A stretch of DNA of 61,322 nucleotides from Octopus bimaculoides (GCF_001194135.2 NC_069004.1:26720228-26781549), one strand, 5' to 3'. Positions 13,786 through 27,645 are shown, counted from the first letter of the stretch. Notes: generated by a model not told the origin, from the letters alone. Program-made: numbers and translations.

Positions 13786-14481
13786 CAGTGTTAATTCTTG
13801 TGGATTCAGATTTTTTATGGCTCCTACTTTTAGCTAAGCTGGTACTCCTTAGAGCCCCGATTATATATATATNNNNNNNNNNNNNNNNNNNNNNNNNNNN
13901 NNNNNNNNNNNNNNNNNNNNNNNNNNNNNNNNNNNNNNNNNNNNNNNNNNNNNNNNNNNNNNNNNNNNNNNNNNNNNNNNNNNNNNNNNNNNNNNNNNNN
14001 NNNNNNNNNNNNNNNNNNNNNNNNNNNNNNNNNNNNNNNNNNNNNNNNNNNNNTATATATATATCAATTTTGCATATACGACCTTATGCTTGCAGCCATT
14101 AATATTATCTCTTATAAGTAATAATGTTCTTTATATATTTATAAAATAATTCACTAAATTCGTGGTTTTTCAATGCGGCTGAGACCCTCAAACGAACACA
14201 GGCATTTATTGAAGTGAATTACCAGTATCGTTACAAGCAGACTTAGCTAAAGAGAATCGAGTGCTTTTAGCGCTAAATTCGAAATCATGATAAGCGGTTA
14301 AATACATGCAAATACGTGCAAATATCACTGAGTGGCCATCATTTACACCTCGGGATACATTCCAGAAGTGTCTTCTGCTGTTGATCAGGCCAGTATGCAT
14401 GGTTGAGGCCTTGTGAGGGAATTTCGTAGACGGAAACTGTGTAGAAGATAATCATATAGAGATGTGAGAGTGCGTGGGCGC

Positions 14482-14512
<31 letters not shown>

Positions 14513-15261
14513 TCTATGCATATATGCGTTTGTTTTTGCCCACCGGTGTTCGTTCGTTTACGTCAGCGTAACATTAGCGGTTTGGCAAAAGCGACCGATA
14601 GAATAAGTGTCAGACCTTCAAAATAGCACTGAACTCGAACTTGTTCTACCAAGACTAAGTAGAAATGGAACCGGGAAGAGACCAGCAAACATCGAGAAGT
14701 ACGGTGCACTGTAGTTGCCATAGAACATGCATTGAGGACACGCGAACAAAGTGCACGCATGTGGATCCGAACTTCAATAATGATCGAGATTGATTTGGTA
14801 GAACTGCGTAGAGGTACTCCATAATGGTTTGTTTTACTTCGTTTCTATGAACGGTTACACAATTCTGTACTGGAATTCAAAGATAAACGCATTAGCCAAT
14901 GAATAATCATGGTACCTCTGACAGAATATTGCTAATTATTTAGCTAATAACCCAATAAACCTATTCATTAGTAAATTGATGTTGCAACTGGTGCTCGTGT
15001 TATTACTGTTCTTGATATCAGCAGTATTTTGTTCATATTGTCGTCACCATTGTTGTTGTTGTTTTTTGGTCCAAGGTCAAATCTGATCAAAGAGACACGT
15101 GATGAAAGGTCATACTGTCATGAACGATCGTACAGTTAAGACAGCATTATACAGTGTTCTGTAGTTGATAGCACAGCTACAACACCGTCTCGTCGTTCTC
15201 TGGCTGCCCGAAACCTCTTATAGTCCGCGTTAATTTACACTAATATACAGGTAGCTTCAAA

Positions 15262-15600
15262 GTGGCGAATTGGCAGAACTGTTAGCATGATGGGCAGAAT
15301 GCTTAGCGGCATTTCGTCCGTCTTTACGCTCCGAGTTCAAAATCCCACCGACGCGATCTTTGCCACTCATCTTTTCGGGGTAGATAAACTAAGTACCAGC
15401 TAGACGATGGGGTCGATGTAATCGAACTATTTTGCGCGTTCTATATTACGCTCCGAGTTCAAAATCCCACCGACGCGATCTTTGCCACTCATCTTTTCGG
15501 GGTAGATAAACTAAGTACCAGCTAGACGATGGGGTCGATGTAATCGAACTATTTTGCCCCTAAACCATGTTGGAGATGTGCCAAAATATCAAACAATAAT
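15262..15600 (+). mobile_element. SINE family A copy with internal 112-bp tandem duplication
   Basis: Family A head and core; 15324-15435 is repeated at 15446-15557. Confidence 0.9.
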
Positions 15601-16136
15601 ACAAGTACTAGTATTTCATTTAATTATTTAAGTAAGTTTAATATTTACAATGTGTTGAATAAGGTGATCACCTCTGGTTCGGAAAAAATAGTAATCTAAG
15701 ATATCCCTGGGAGCAAAGATTCCAAACAATTTATGTTATACCTGTATGTGATTTCAAGAAGATCCGTTGTTATTTCTTACACATCAAACTCTCTCGTACA
15801 AAATCTTCCCTCGTGAAATGAAAAGTTTCAAACTTCGTGCATTTCCTAGATAATCGCCATCCTAAATCATTTGGAATGTCTTTTCAATAGGGATTAAATA
15901 CAAGTTTTGCAAATTAACATCACATAAAGATGGCCACCATTAATTAAATCATATTACTGTGTTTTTCAGTAATCTAGGCACGAAGCAAAGCTTTTAATTA
16001 TTTTATCGACAGCAGAGTGATGTGAGACAAAGTCAGTCACCATTTAAAATAGAAGGAAGAGATTGAAAAGAAGCGGAATTACTATAACTACTATTTCTAC
16101 TTGTTTCTCCAGCCTTTAGTTGATTGAAATATTGGT

Positions 16137-16171
<35 letters not shown>

Positions 16172-16990
16172 TTGATTGGTTGCTGTTGGTGTTGTTAAAA
16201 CCCAAGTCAATCTTGATCGAACTGATCGATGAGAGTTCCATCACTGACCATCTGTATACTTTTATTATTATTATTATTTTTATTATTATTATTATTATTA
16301 TTATTTATTATTATTTTTTTTAATTATATAAAGGATTGAGGTAACTCCTCCAGAAGATATAGAGTCAAAATTAAAAGAAAAGTGCCATTGTCATACAGTG
16401 AACGATATTTCGATATCTTGTGTGTCTTCAACAGGTTCAAAAATAGTCAAAATTATTTTCTTCTTCTTCTTCTTCTTCTTCTTCTTCTTCTTCTTCTTCT
16501 TCTTCTTCTTCTTCTTCTTNNNNNNNNNNNNNNNNNNNNNNNNNNNNNNNNNNNNNNNNNNNNNNNNNNNNNNNNNNNNNNNNNNNNNNNNNNNNNNNNN
16601 NNNNNNNNNNNNNNNNNNNNNNNNNNNNNNNNNNNNNNNNNNNNNNNNNNNNNNNNNNNNNNNNNNNNNNNNNNNNNNNNNNNNNNNNNNNNNNNNNNNN
16701 NNNNNNNNNNNNNNNNNNNNNNNNNNNNNNNNNNNNNNNNNNNNNNNNNNNNNNNNNNNNNNNNNNNNNNNNNNNNNNNNNNNNNNNNNNNNNNNNNNNN
16801 NNNNNNNNNNNNNNNNNNNNNNNNNNNNNNNNNNNNNNNNNNNNNNNNNNNNNNNNNNNNNNNNNNNNNNNNNNNNNNNNNNNNNNNNNNNNNNNNNNNN
16901 NNNNNNNNNNNNNNNNNNNNNNNNNNNNNNNNNNNNNNNNNNNNNNNNNNNNNNNNNNNNNNNNNNNNNNNNNNNNNNNNNNNNNNNNNN

Positions 16991-17030
<40 letters not shown>

Positions 17031-17448
17031 TATGCGGGCACAGGTCGTCATGAAACGTGTACAAGAAAAAAATACGAAGTACGAGTACATGGAATATGAA
17101 CTATTTTTTGAAACAACGAAAGATACAAATGGAAAAGAAGACAAACATAAAGAACGACCCTTCATCGGTTGTTGGCTGTTTTTCTTCTCTCGCATTTCGA
17201 TCATTTAACAACAATATACGCTTTCAAGAAAACAGTTGCTCCCGCAAAGTAATTTATATAAAGCAAATTAAATTAAGGTGAATGAAATCAAAATAAGAAA
17301 ACATGATATCAAGAAGTGGCTCTATTTAATTGAACAATGTAATCATTACATCAATTTAAATGCAGGTCTATCATCAGCTGCACAGATAAACAGAATTTTA
17401 ATCAGTTGGACACATTAATATAATTTTTCTCAAATACTTTAACACAGC

Positions 17449-17790
17449 AAGATGGAAGAAATGCATGCTGTTGCTATTGCAGCATAGAATAGAATACACT
17501 TCCAAGAAAGGCGTCAAACCCACTGGGGTCATAGCTGGTAAAGAATTGTAGTCCATTTCTAATTTATTTGTCTTTTTATCCACTACTAAATCTAAGACTA
17601 GAGACAGCTTATGACTAGATATGGTCATAAATATTGTCAAGACACTAGGAGTAGTAAATTGGGTATAGAGTAACTCTCTATAAAAGAAGGGTGTGTGGGA
17701 AAAGACCCTAAATCATGACGTTAATTACAATAGCAACAACATGGATTTCTTCCATCTTCTTACTCTGTTGAGCCGCTTGAAACGGTCGTA
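17449..17790. mobile_element. Probable Penelope-derived fragment with 31-bp inverted repeat and hammerhead remnant
   Basis: Arms 17449-17479 and 17728-17758 differ at 2 positions. The minus strand reads ...LPAMTPVGLT, resembling the PLE terminal T..P.GLN motif. CTGTTGA...GAAACGGTC lies at 17765-17788. Confidence 0.45.
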
Positions 17791-18568
17791 CTGCATCACT
17801 ACTTGATATCCTGTTGCTTACATATATATNNNNNNNNNNNNNNNNNNNNNNNNNNNNNNNNNNNNNNNNNNNNNNNNNNNNNNNNNNNNNNNNNNNNNNN
17901 NNNNNNNNNNNNNNNNNNNNNNNNNNNNNNNNNNNNNNNNNNNNNNNNNNNNNNNNNNNNNNNNNNNNNNNNNNNNNNNNNNNNNNNNNNNNNNNNNNNN
18001 NNNNNNNNNNNNNNNNNNNNNNNNNNNNNNNNNNNNNNNNNNNNNNNNNNNNNNNNNNNNNNNNNNNNNNNNNNNNNNNNNNNNNNNNNNNNNNNNNNNN
18101 NNNNNNNNNNNNNNNNNNNNNNNNNNNNNNNNNNNNNNNNNNNNNNNNNNTATATATATATATATATATATATATTCATATGTATATACATATGTATATA
18201 TATGTATTCATATATTAAACGGGACTGTCATAAACGGAACGTCTTTGAACATAGGTTTACACAAACAAGAAGTGCTGATAAAGTGTCTAAACAATAAGTG
18301 ACAAGTACTACTACTACTACTACTACTACTAATTACGACGATTAAATGTCGCAAGGTAATTAAAATATCGCTAGCTAATTACTGCTATCGCTGAGTTCAG
18401 CTTAATTCAATATGGACGCCACTCGGCCAATTATCAAACACATGACTTTCATTAAGATATCTATATGAGCTATCTTAATTGCTATTAGTTGCTATATCGT
18501 ATTTTTATCACATTAACAACACCAAGGCAAGATATATATATATACATATATGAATATGTATAGACATA

Positions 18569-18621
<53 letters not shown>

Positions 18622-18668
18622 TATATATAAGTGTATGCATGTGTGTATATATATATACATATACATAC

Positions 18669-18764
<96 letters not shown>

Positions 18765-19291
18765 ATGTATTTGTTAAGTAGACAGCGTACCGTTAAGTGT
18801 TTGCGGAAATAAATACTCTTTGACTAATATATTCTTTCAATTAACCGCATTTTCCTCGTAAAGGAAAAAAATAGTACACAGACACATACACACACATATG
18901 CGCACGAGTACACACACACACACACACATACACACACGCACACACTATCAAACTAGAAGGAATGGCGAAGCAATGGCTGATTTGCTTAATTATTTATTTA
19001 TACATTTAGCTATTTCTTTTCGTATATTGTTATTGTGTTCATACTGTGATGGTGAAATGTTTTTTTATTAAACCCTTCATGTAGCCAATACCTAACTAGA
19101 GCGAGAAAGAGAGAGTAGATGGAGGAGAGAGAGGGAAAAAGGAAGAGAGAGACAGACAGAGTGTGAGAGAAAGAGAGAGAGAGAAATCGACTTCAGTATT
19201 TGATATATATTCAATTCATTTATCTCTAAAATGATAGAGGAATAACATTAGCTGTGATGGAATGTGAACTCAGAAAGCAGACAGCCGGAGT

Positions 19292-19343
19292 AGCTTTGGC
19301 TGAGGGGATAAAACTATGTCGAAACACCGGTTGTTCCAAAGCT
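19292..19343 (+). ncRNA. Type I hammerhead ribozyme motif (A9-to-G variant)
   Basis: AGCTTTGG-CTGAGGG-GATA(AAACTA)TGTC-GAAA-CA(CCGGT)TG-TT|CCAAAGCT. Perfect 8-bp stem I, 4-bp stem II, 3-bp stem III. Confidence 0.7.
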
Positions 19344-19461
19344 CCCCTTACGCTAATCAATCGAGAGTGTCATGAGCACATAATCGTCTGAAAGGAAAAG
19401 GTGCTCCCAAGGGACGAAATACAATACCATTCATGTAAGCGTGTGTGTGTCTGTGTGTGTG

Positions 19462-19531
<70 letters not shown>

Positions 19532-19674
19532 TTTGTCTGTGTCTGTGTCTGTCTCTGTGTCTGTGTAAAATTTTAATGAGCTGATGTATAATTCTCCCTT
19601 CTTCAATATGATGTCGTATTCTAATGTGGTCAGTCAATGTGCTGGACAGAGCAGTCAACTAACTTTTGTAGTTC

Positions 19675-19890
19675 ATTCTGCTACGACGACGAGACGACGA
19701 GCGTTTTAGTTGATTCGATTAATGGAACGGTCAGCTCCTGAAATTAACATGCAGGTTGCTGTGCACTCCACAGACCCGTGTACTCTTAACCTGTGCCTCA
19801 GGGAGATTCAGCATGACACAGAGTGTGACAGGGCTGGCCTTTTGAAATACAGCTACTACTCATTTTTGTCAGATGAGTGGCCATTAAAAA
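19675..19890 (-). mobile_element. SINE family B copy
   Basis: Reverse match CAGGGAGATTCAGCATGACACAGAGTGTGACAGGGCTGGCC...CTCATTTTTG. Confidence 0.85.
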
Positions 19891-20574
19891 AGGTACAAAT
19901 TTTATTTAATGTTGTCCTCAGTCTTCTGAAAAAAAAGCACACACACACACAAAGGTTTCACACGTCATGATTATAACGTGTTTGATTATAGATTTGCTCC
20001 TGTAAGACAGACCTGGGGTTAAACAACTCTTCTGCTGTAGTAGAATCTGATCGAAAAACTTCCTTCATTTGTTTTGTTTTGTCTGTTAGTGTGTCTGGGA
20101 AGCCGAGGAAATCAATTAAGAGAAACGCAGCTATTACTAACAATTAAGTAATGGCTGAAACCAGACTGGATCACCGTCGTGGGAATAGTTCTGTGGATGG
20201 AAATTAATATTGGTTAAAGTTTTCCAGTCAGTAAGCTAAACTAATCTAAAAGAATTGTTGACGTATGTGCGTGTGATGATGGTGCTGGAGGGGGTTAGGT
20301 TATGAGAATACTCAGAGATGTCCGCTTCATAGAATGCAAATAACTAAGTGGTCTCATAACTTTCATACCTAATGTACCGAACCATGTAATTTACTAAAGA
20401 GATCTCATAAGAACGAAACAGATACTGATTTCTAATTATACTAACAGAAATTAGATTCACTCCCTCTATCAGCACTTGCATTCGACTTTTGATTATTTCT
20501 ATTTCATTTGCAGTTCTGAAGTAGTTTCTCGTTCTTTTCCTAACCAAGCAAGTATGAGCATTTGTTTGAGAATT

Positions 20575-20865
20575 GTGGTTTAGCACTTGGGGTGTTTGGC
20601 TTACAATCGTAAGGTGATAAGTTCGATACCCAACGGTGGGTTGTGTCTTTAAGCAAGACAGTTTATTTCATGTTATTCCAGTCACACAGGTGGCAAAATT
20701 GAGTTGTAGCAGTAATTCAAACGGCCAGCCTTGTCACATTTTGTGTCGCGCTGAATCTGCCACAGAACTATGTTAAGATACGCGTTTCAGTGGAGTTCTT
20801 ATTGATTTCATGCGCCCATTGGATCAACTGAAACACTCGTCATTATAACCGACAGAGTGCCAGTA
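20575..20865 (+). mobile_element. SINE family B copy
   Basis: tRNA-like head with AGTTCGATACC, GTTGTGTCTTTAAGCAAGACA domain and family B tail. Confidence 0.85.
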
Positions 20866-20917
20866 TATGCGTGTGTGTGTGTGTGGTGTGGCGTATGTGT
20901 GTGCGTGTGTGTGTATG

Positions 20918-20949
<32 letters not shown>

Positions 20950-21167
20950 AGTGTGGTGATTCACTGATAAATGATAAATTAGAGACCTCGGTATGTAAAT
21001 GTAGAGTATTCTTTAATACATAATATCCCAAAGGCTCAGAATCTCAGTATTCCGGGTTTCAAGTTTCCAATCATTCAGGCGGTAATCCGAGGCTGCCTTC
21101 TCTTGAATTATATGTGACTGGTTAATTAAAGTGATAACAGGTGTGTTTTTTGTGATGGGAGAGGAAC

Positions 21168-21289
<122 letters not shown>

Positions 21290-22106
21290 AAGTAGCTGCA
21301 AAGGTTCCCAGTAGAATATAGCAGTCTTCTATCAAGAAGCTAGAAATTGTCGTGAGGGCTTATAGGAGTCGTCAACACAAAATCTAGTAGTAGTTGTCAG
21401 TATTGTTGCTAGTGGTTGTCTTCCCTTTTGCGTCACAAGAATCTAAGTGTTGTTGGTATTTTGTGATGAAGCATGTTTCTTCGTTAATGCGTTGGCGTTG
21501 TATTACCATCAAATTAATAGACAATAAAAATCGTAAAGTCTGGTTGTTTCTTACCTGCTCATGTGTGCCTATGCTCATTGAATCCTATTTATTTGCATTC
21601 ACATATTTTAATTTGCGATCTATACAATGTCATGCGTTGACGTAAACGGATGTCTGTTTGTCAAATGTAATACTCCCAACATCCTGAGCTTGTTATGACA
21701 CTAATTAGATTTTAAGATGTACAGGTATAGTCACATTTTATTATAAAGAGTTCTGCTTCTTTGAAACAGATCTCTAATTCATCTGTCAGATTAAAACATA
21801 CACCACAGTAGGGTTTTCCTCATTTTTTGTGTTGGTTTCTTATTGTTGTGTGACGTTTGGCATTTGTTTGGACTTTTTTCATTGCTTTGGGTTGTCTTTT
21901 ACGCTTTATGATGCCACGTGTGTGCTAGCAGGATTTGTTTCATCTTGGGTTTTTTTTTCTGTAACCGTAGGCTATGAAACCTGATTTTCAAGGCTTTATT
22001 ATTTTGGGAGTTATAAGTAGAGATCTATGGTAGGCCCTTCAAATTTGATCCCTTTCTTTCTGACTATGTTTCCGGATACTGAATTTCTGGGCTCGTTGAA
22101 TTCCAT

Positions 22107-22352
22107 TATCGTTTAAGCTCCTTTCAGAGCCATACAATCTAATAGGGCCTGTTTCCCAGTTTCTGTGGCGTATACTCATCCACTGGACGGGTCACCGGTT
22201 CGTCACAGGATTACTCATTTTTGTCAGTTCAGTGAACTTGAACAACGTGAAATGGAGTGTTTTACTTAAGAACACAACGCATCGCCCGGTCCAGGAATTG
22301 AAACCGCAATCTTACCTTCATGAGCATGACACCCTAACCACTAATACATGAG
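22107..22352 (-). mobile_element. tRNA-headed SINE (family B-like 5' half, different tail) nested in the Penelope element
   Basis: Reverse tRNA-like head and GTTGTGTTCTTAAGTAAAACAC domain; the Penelope reading resumes on both sides. Confidence 0.75.
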
Positions 22353-22563
22353 GTTAACGATGATTGGTAATTCCTGTTGAAGAGTTCATCCTTCAGTACT
22401 TGGAGTCTTATATCATGGGGGTGTATATCAGAAACTCTTTTGCCAGTGTATAAGGGACTTTCATTCTGGTATATCTGGGATGGAATTAATTGAAGTGAAT
22501 GGAAGTCATTGTTAGGAATTTGTAGCTTTATAGTTTCCATCTGGTTGCTGATTCTCATTATAA

Positions 22564-22891
22564 CTAACTGACACTCCGTCGCTTATGACGAAGAGGGTTC
22601 CAGATGATCCGATCAACGGAACAGCCTGCTCGGGAAATTACCGTACAAGGGGGTGAGCACCCCACACACAAATGTATCCTTAACATAGTTCTCAGGGAGA
22701 TTCAGCGTGACACAGAATATGACAAAGCTGGCACTTTGAAATTCAGATACTACTCATTTTTGCCAGCTGAGTGAACTGGAACAACGTGAAATGGAGTGTC
22801 TTGCTCAAGGACACAAGGCGTTACCGGGAATTGAACTCACCATCTTACGATCGGAAGCCTAATACTCTAACTACTACGCCACGTACCTTCA
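22564..22891 (-). mobile_element. Full-length SINE family B with 16-bp TSD, nested in Penelope RT
   Basis: TSD CTGATTCTCATTATAA at 22548-22563 and 22892-22907; A-box and B-box head. Confidence 0.93.
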
Positions 22892-23643
22892 CTGATTCTC
22901 ATTATAAGGATGTCTAAAAATGGGAGTTGTGTATGGCTATATTCTATGATGAATTGTATGTTCTCATTAACTTCATTGGGGAGTTTTTCCAAATTCTTTT
23001 AGTTTTTCTGTACTTCCGTTTCAAAGAATGAGGCAGTCATCGAGGTCCATTTCCAGTTTTCTTGTATGTAGACGAACAAAATAGTTTCTTTATTTTCATA
23101 GTGTTATTTTAAGGATGGGGGTATAACGTGATCTCTGTATAACCCATAACTAGATTCAGAAAGGAAGAGCTGTTTTTTCCCCTATTGCAGCCCCAAATTT
23201 ATGCTGTAGAAAGTGGTCATTGTACATGAATTTATTATTTTCTATAATACATTTTAGTCCACCTGTTCTATCTTCTTGTGCGATCAGCGACTTCACTTAT
23301 ATAATTATCCAACCAGAATTTAATGGCTTCAATTCCTAAGACTTGAGGGATGTCTGAATAGAGATTCGCAACATAGAAATATATTATCAAAGTATTTTGT
23401 CTGACTGTTTTGGGGAGATGGCTGAAGGTATTTAGGTCACCTCTTGTGAAGCTTTTAATGGCTTCAGCAGGATATGTCAGAAAAAAAATACTCGGACGGT
23501 GGGCTTTACATGGAGAACCAAGTATTGTAGATCTTAATTTGAGATCAGTTGGTGAGAGAACGTTAATATATTTGTCAGCGTCTCTAAATTTTATGTTCCT
23601 TGGTGTGTTTCGATGAGATTTAGTTGGTTGTTTCTACGTTTGG

Positions 23644-23704
<61 letters not shown>

Positions 23705-25452
23705 GCACGAACACATGTGCAGATATGTATATAGGTATGAATGTAGGTATGCATGCATGTAGATATTACGCATGTATGCATGCATGCATGTATATATGTA
23801 TGTATGCATGCATATATGCGTTTAACATATTGAGAGGGAAATAAATACATACATAGATTTATTAGTGTATGCTTGCGTGCATAAATGAATGCATATCAGT
23901 GTATTGTTATCTGTAATTGTGTCTATGTAATCTTCTATATATATATATATATATATACATCTATACATACGTGCGAATCTGTATACATACATACATACAT
24001 ACATATCCTGCCTGATCTAAAATATATTGATTTACAATGACGCGACCACCTAATACATAGAACGGAACATAAATATGGCGTTCTTGTTAAGGCGGTAGGT
24101 TCTCTAAAGGACTCTTCACAAGGCTGAAATATATATAAAATGAGTAGGACATAATTTTAAAATCGGTAATAAATGGTTGACCATAAGATTAGAATACTTT
24201 CAAATTTCTAGTATATATATGTTCGAAGCTTCTTACGTTTTAGTTGCACCATCCGCATAGTAATTTGATTTCAGACTATGAATATTGCTTAAGCGGTGTA
24301 AAATGCTAGAACAAGCTCTGATTAAGGCAACTGGTCCTACTTAAACTGGACAAAATTAGCAATTTCTTAAGAGTAATTAAAACGTCGAGTTTCTTTTATG
24401 TATTTGTATGTAGGAATATGTTAGATATGTTGTTGTGTACATACAATTATATTTGTATGGATAGACACATATAAACGTACAGTTGCACACACATGCACAT
24501 TTTCTTATATGTTTGTGCATATGTGTTCAAGTGTGTGTGATAGAGAGAGAGAGAGAGAGAGACAGAGAGAGAGAGAGAAAAGTGTATGTGTATATTTGTA
24601 TGTATATATAAATGCACAAGTTCCATTAATTATAGCATTCATATATGCAGGGAATTCTATACAAACATACATACATACATACATACATACATACATACAT
24701 ACATAGTTCATTCTTGCATATATGTGTGCGCGCGCATGTGTACACATACACACGATTATTTACATATAATCATTGGAACGAAAACCGTATATGCTTACGA
24801 GTGATAGATGTTTATCCGACTATGCATATGTGTGTGTGTGTATGTGTGTATGAGTATGTGTGTGTGTGTGTGTGTGTGATTGTATGTGTGTATGTATATG
24901 TGTGTGATATCATTACACTTACGTTATCTAACTCTTGTTGAATAACCTTTGCTCGTCGAATCTATTCTGCCGATGGCCCTTGTCAAATACGTGCCAGCAA
25001 GCCAAAGTCATTAAGTCTCCATTTAGCAGTAAGAGTAAATATTTAACTCTAGGAACTTTTAACTATGGCCAGATGGAGGCCAAACTAAGGTCAATGATGA
25101 ACGCTAGTTGCTTTACTCTATGCCAAATTGTGGTTACTTGCAAAAGCAATTACGGCTACAAATTCCGATGATCAATTTATTCTACTGCGTACTATTCATT
25201 GCAACTGAACTGCCATCTTCTTCTTCGTCTTCTTCTTTTCCCTTCTAAGTTCGAAATGATTATATTACAGAATTGATAAATGATCATTAGTTATAGTCAG
25301 AAATATGTATCTTTAGAAAATTTCACATATAATCCTGGCATTTTTATTGATTATCTTCCTCTTTTTTTTATATATACATTCGGAGAACTTTAGTTGTATG
25401 GTTCATTGAATTACTAACATCACATTCGACAGACTGGCACACACACGCACAT

Positions 25453-25500
<48 letters not shown>

Positions 25501-25571
25501 NNNNNNNNNNNNNNNNNNNNNNNNNNNNNNNNNNNNNNNNNNNNNNNNNNNNNNNNNNNNNNNNNNNNNNN

Positions 25572-25616
<45 letters not shown>

Positions 25617-25627
25617 TCAGACATACA

Positions 25628-25661
<34 letters not shown>

Positions 25662-27619
25662 AGAGTCGCAGCTGTCAGAATCATTTAGTTACTACTGTCT
25701 CTTAAATTTGTAGCTCTGAGCTTCTTTTACGCTGGCGTCTTGAAAGACAGCAGCAAGCAGTTCCTGTTGAAAGACGTGACTAATCGGTACAGTTTTCATT
25801 TCATGCTGCTGGCCATAGGTTCCAATTTCGCACGGAGACTTTAAAGAGACTTTTAAACCCAATAACGAGATTGTGAATGCGTACGAAATATCGGTCTATC
25901 ACGTGGTGATAACGACGTTCCTTGTTCTGTAAAAATGATCGGTCGACTATATGTATGTCTGTAAAACCCATGGGTGGAATTATGCTTTTGTGTTTTGGCT
26001 TTGTTATCTACATCGGTGACTGGCCCGTGTCAGCTCTGGTATTTGATGAGACATCAAATCCTGCATTAGAAGACGGATTGCAGCAGCAACCTCGGCGTGC
26101 AGGCTTTTATCCTACATACATTTCTATATTCTTACATAAGCTGGGCCTCGCCACAATAATATTGTTTGTCATAGATACAAATGTGTACACATACTTAAAC
26201 TTGGTCTACTAAATCGAAATGTTCTCTATAACTCATCGGTCAACTACATTAATTTCCATTAATCTCCATTAATCTCCAGAATATGCGTATACAGCTCAGT
26301 TTTAGTTTCGTATACATACTGTAAGCTAGTTTGTCTTTTATAACTGATAAGCCAATAACCTTAAATCTCTACTTACAAATCCATCAAGCTACAAGGAGTG
26401 CTTAAATGTTCCTGTCTTTTGGTAAAAGAATCAGGCTGAGTATGATGAATTTTATTTTACCACAAAAATAATTTTGAAGTTGGTCATGAATTAGAAATAG
26501 CAACAACAAAGTTTACACACAGGAAAGACTGTTATGTCGCTCTGACAAATAATTGATTAAAAATGCTCTGTAATTAAGCTACCAATACAGGAGAAAATAC
26601 ACACACTGCGTTCATGTCTCGGTTGAGTACGAGCCGTGATAACGATTGTTAAATGCAGCAAATGAATATGTGGTTAGCTAAGCTGCAGGCGGCCAGAAAG
26701 AGGCAAGACGTGTGTGAAATGAATCGGCTGGTGTCTGCGCAACATGGCCTGGCGAAGGCGGAGACAGATTTCGCCCAGACCTGCTCAGTAGTCTGCGATA
26801 TTGGTGCTAAAAGCCTATCTATTTACAAGCCTTGTACAGGGACGTTCTACAGGCTTATAGACCAATGCTGACTGGTCGATAACTCGGTCAATCACATGAA
26901 AAATCGCTATTACTAATCCGTGATTTCAACTTAGCAATTCGTCGATTCAGTTTCGAATCTTGCTACATTTATTAATATTATCATATTTGTTTACTACCAT
27001 CATTTTCCGGTACAATTATCATATACTTAAGCTATTAACATTTTTCTACGCCATTATTATTTTCCATACTAATATCTTTTTTCTATACTATTAATATAAT
27101 TCCTGCTATTAATAAACTTATTTATTCTATATAATTATATTTTTCCTGTTCTATTATCATATATCCTGAGTCATTATCATTTATCTTATACTGTTATCTT
27201 TCCTATGCTATAATCATTTATTTAAATTTTTTGTCTATCAGGACTTTGTGCATTATATCTTTCATTATTTAGTTACTGTCTTTGTTCAAAGACAGCTGTG
27301 CCTGTCTTTTATCTTGTCAGTGTCGAAAGGATAAAAGAAAAAATATGATTACCTGTAACATGTTTCAACTTAAAGTTTGTGTCCTTGTTCCAATGTTAGA
27401 AATCATAATCATTTTCTATTTTGGATTATTTGTGATTCCTATTATTACTTTATATATATTTATTTCTCTATATACTTATTTATTCCTCATCTTCAATACG
27501 TGCTCATTCACACAACCCAATATACACTTCTATAACATTCTAACACTTTGATCGTTTGTAATATATCATTATCTTTTTTTTCATCATCTTTATAACAATC
27601 ACGATAATTTCTCTGTTGC

Positions 27620-27645
27620 TATTGTGACTATTATTATCCTGATCC

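Larger units (their letters stand above)
21300..23590 (-). mobile_element. Degenerate Penelope-like retroelement (RT, linker, GIY-YIG endonuclease)
   Basis: Minus-strand translation across stops and frameshifts gives VANLYSDIP, LGIEAIKFWLDNY, NLVMGY, LDDCLIL, LPFLDILI (RT); HPRYTRMKVPYTLA (thumb); CTS*NLISVITSSGCWEYYI*QTDIRLRQRMTLYRSQI and EETCFITKYQQHL (GIY-YIG). Interrupted by two SINEs. Confidence 0.9.

Noticed and set aside
14650-14830. GC-richer block as a coding exon
   Set aside because: Candidate splice sites are weak, stops occur in every frame of the implied exon, and no motif is recognised.
19958-20143. Minus ORF DTLTDKTKQMKEVFRS... as an exon
   Set aside because: The acceptor is plausible but the donor is poor and there is no recognisable homology.
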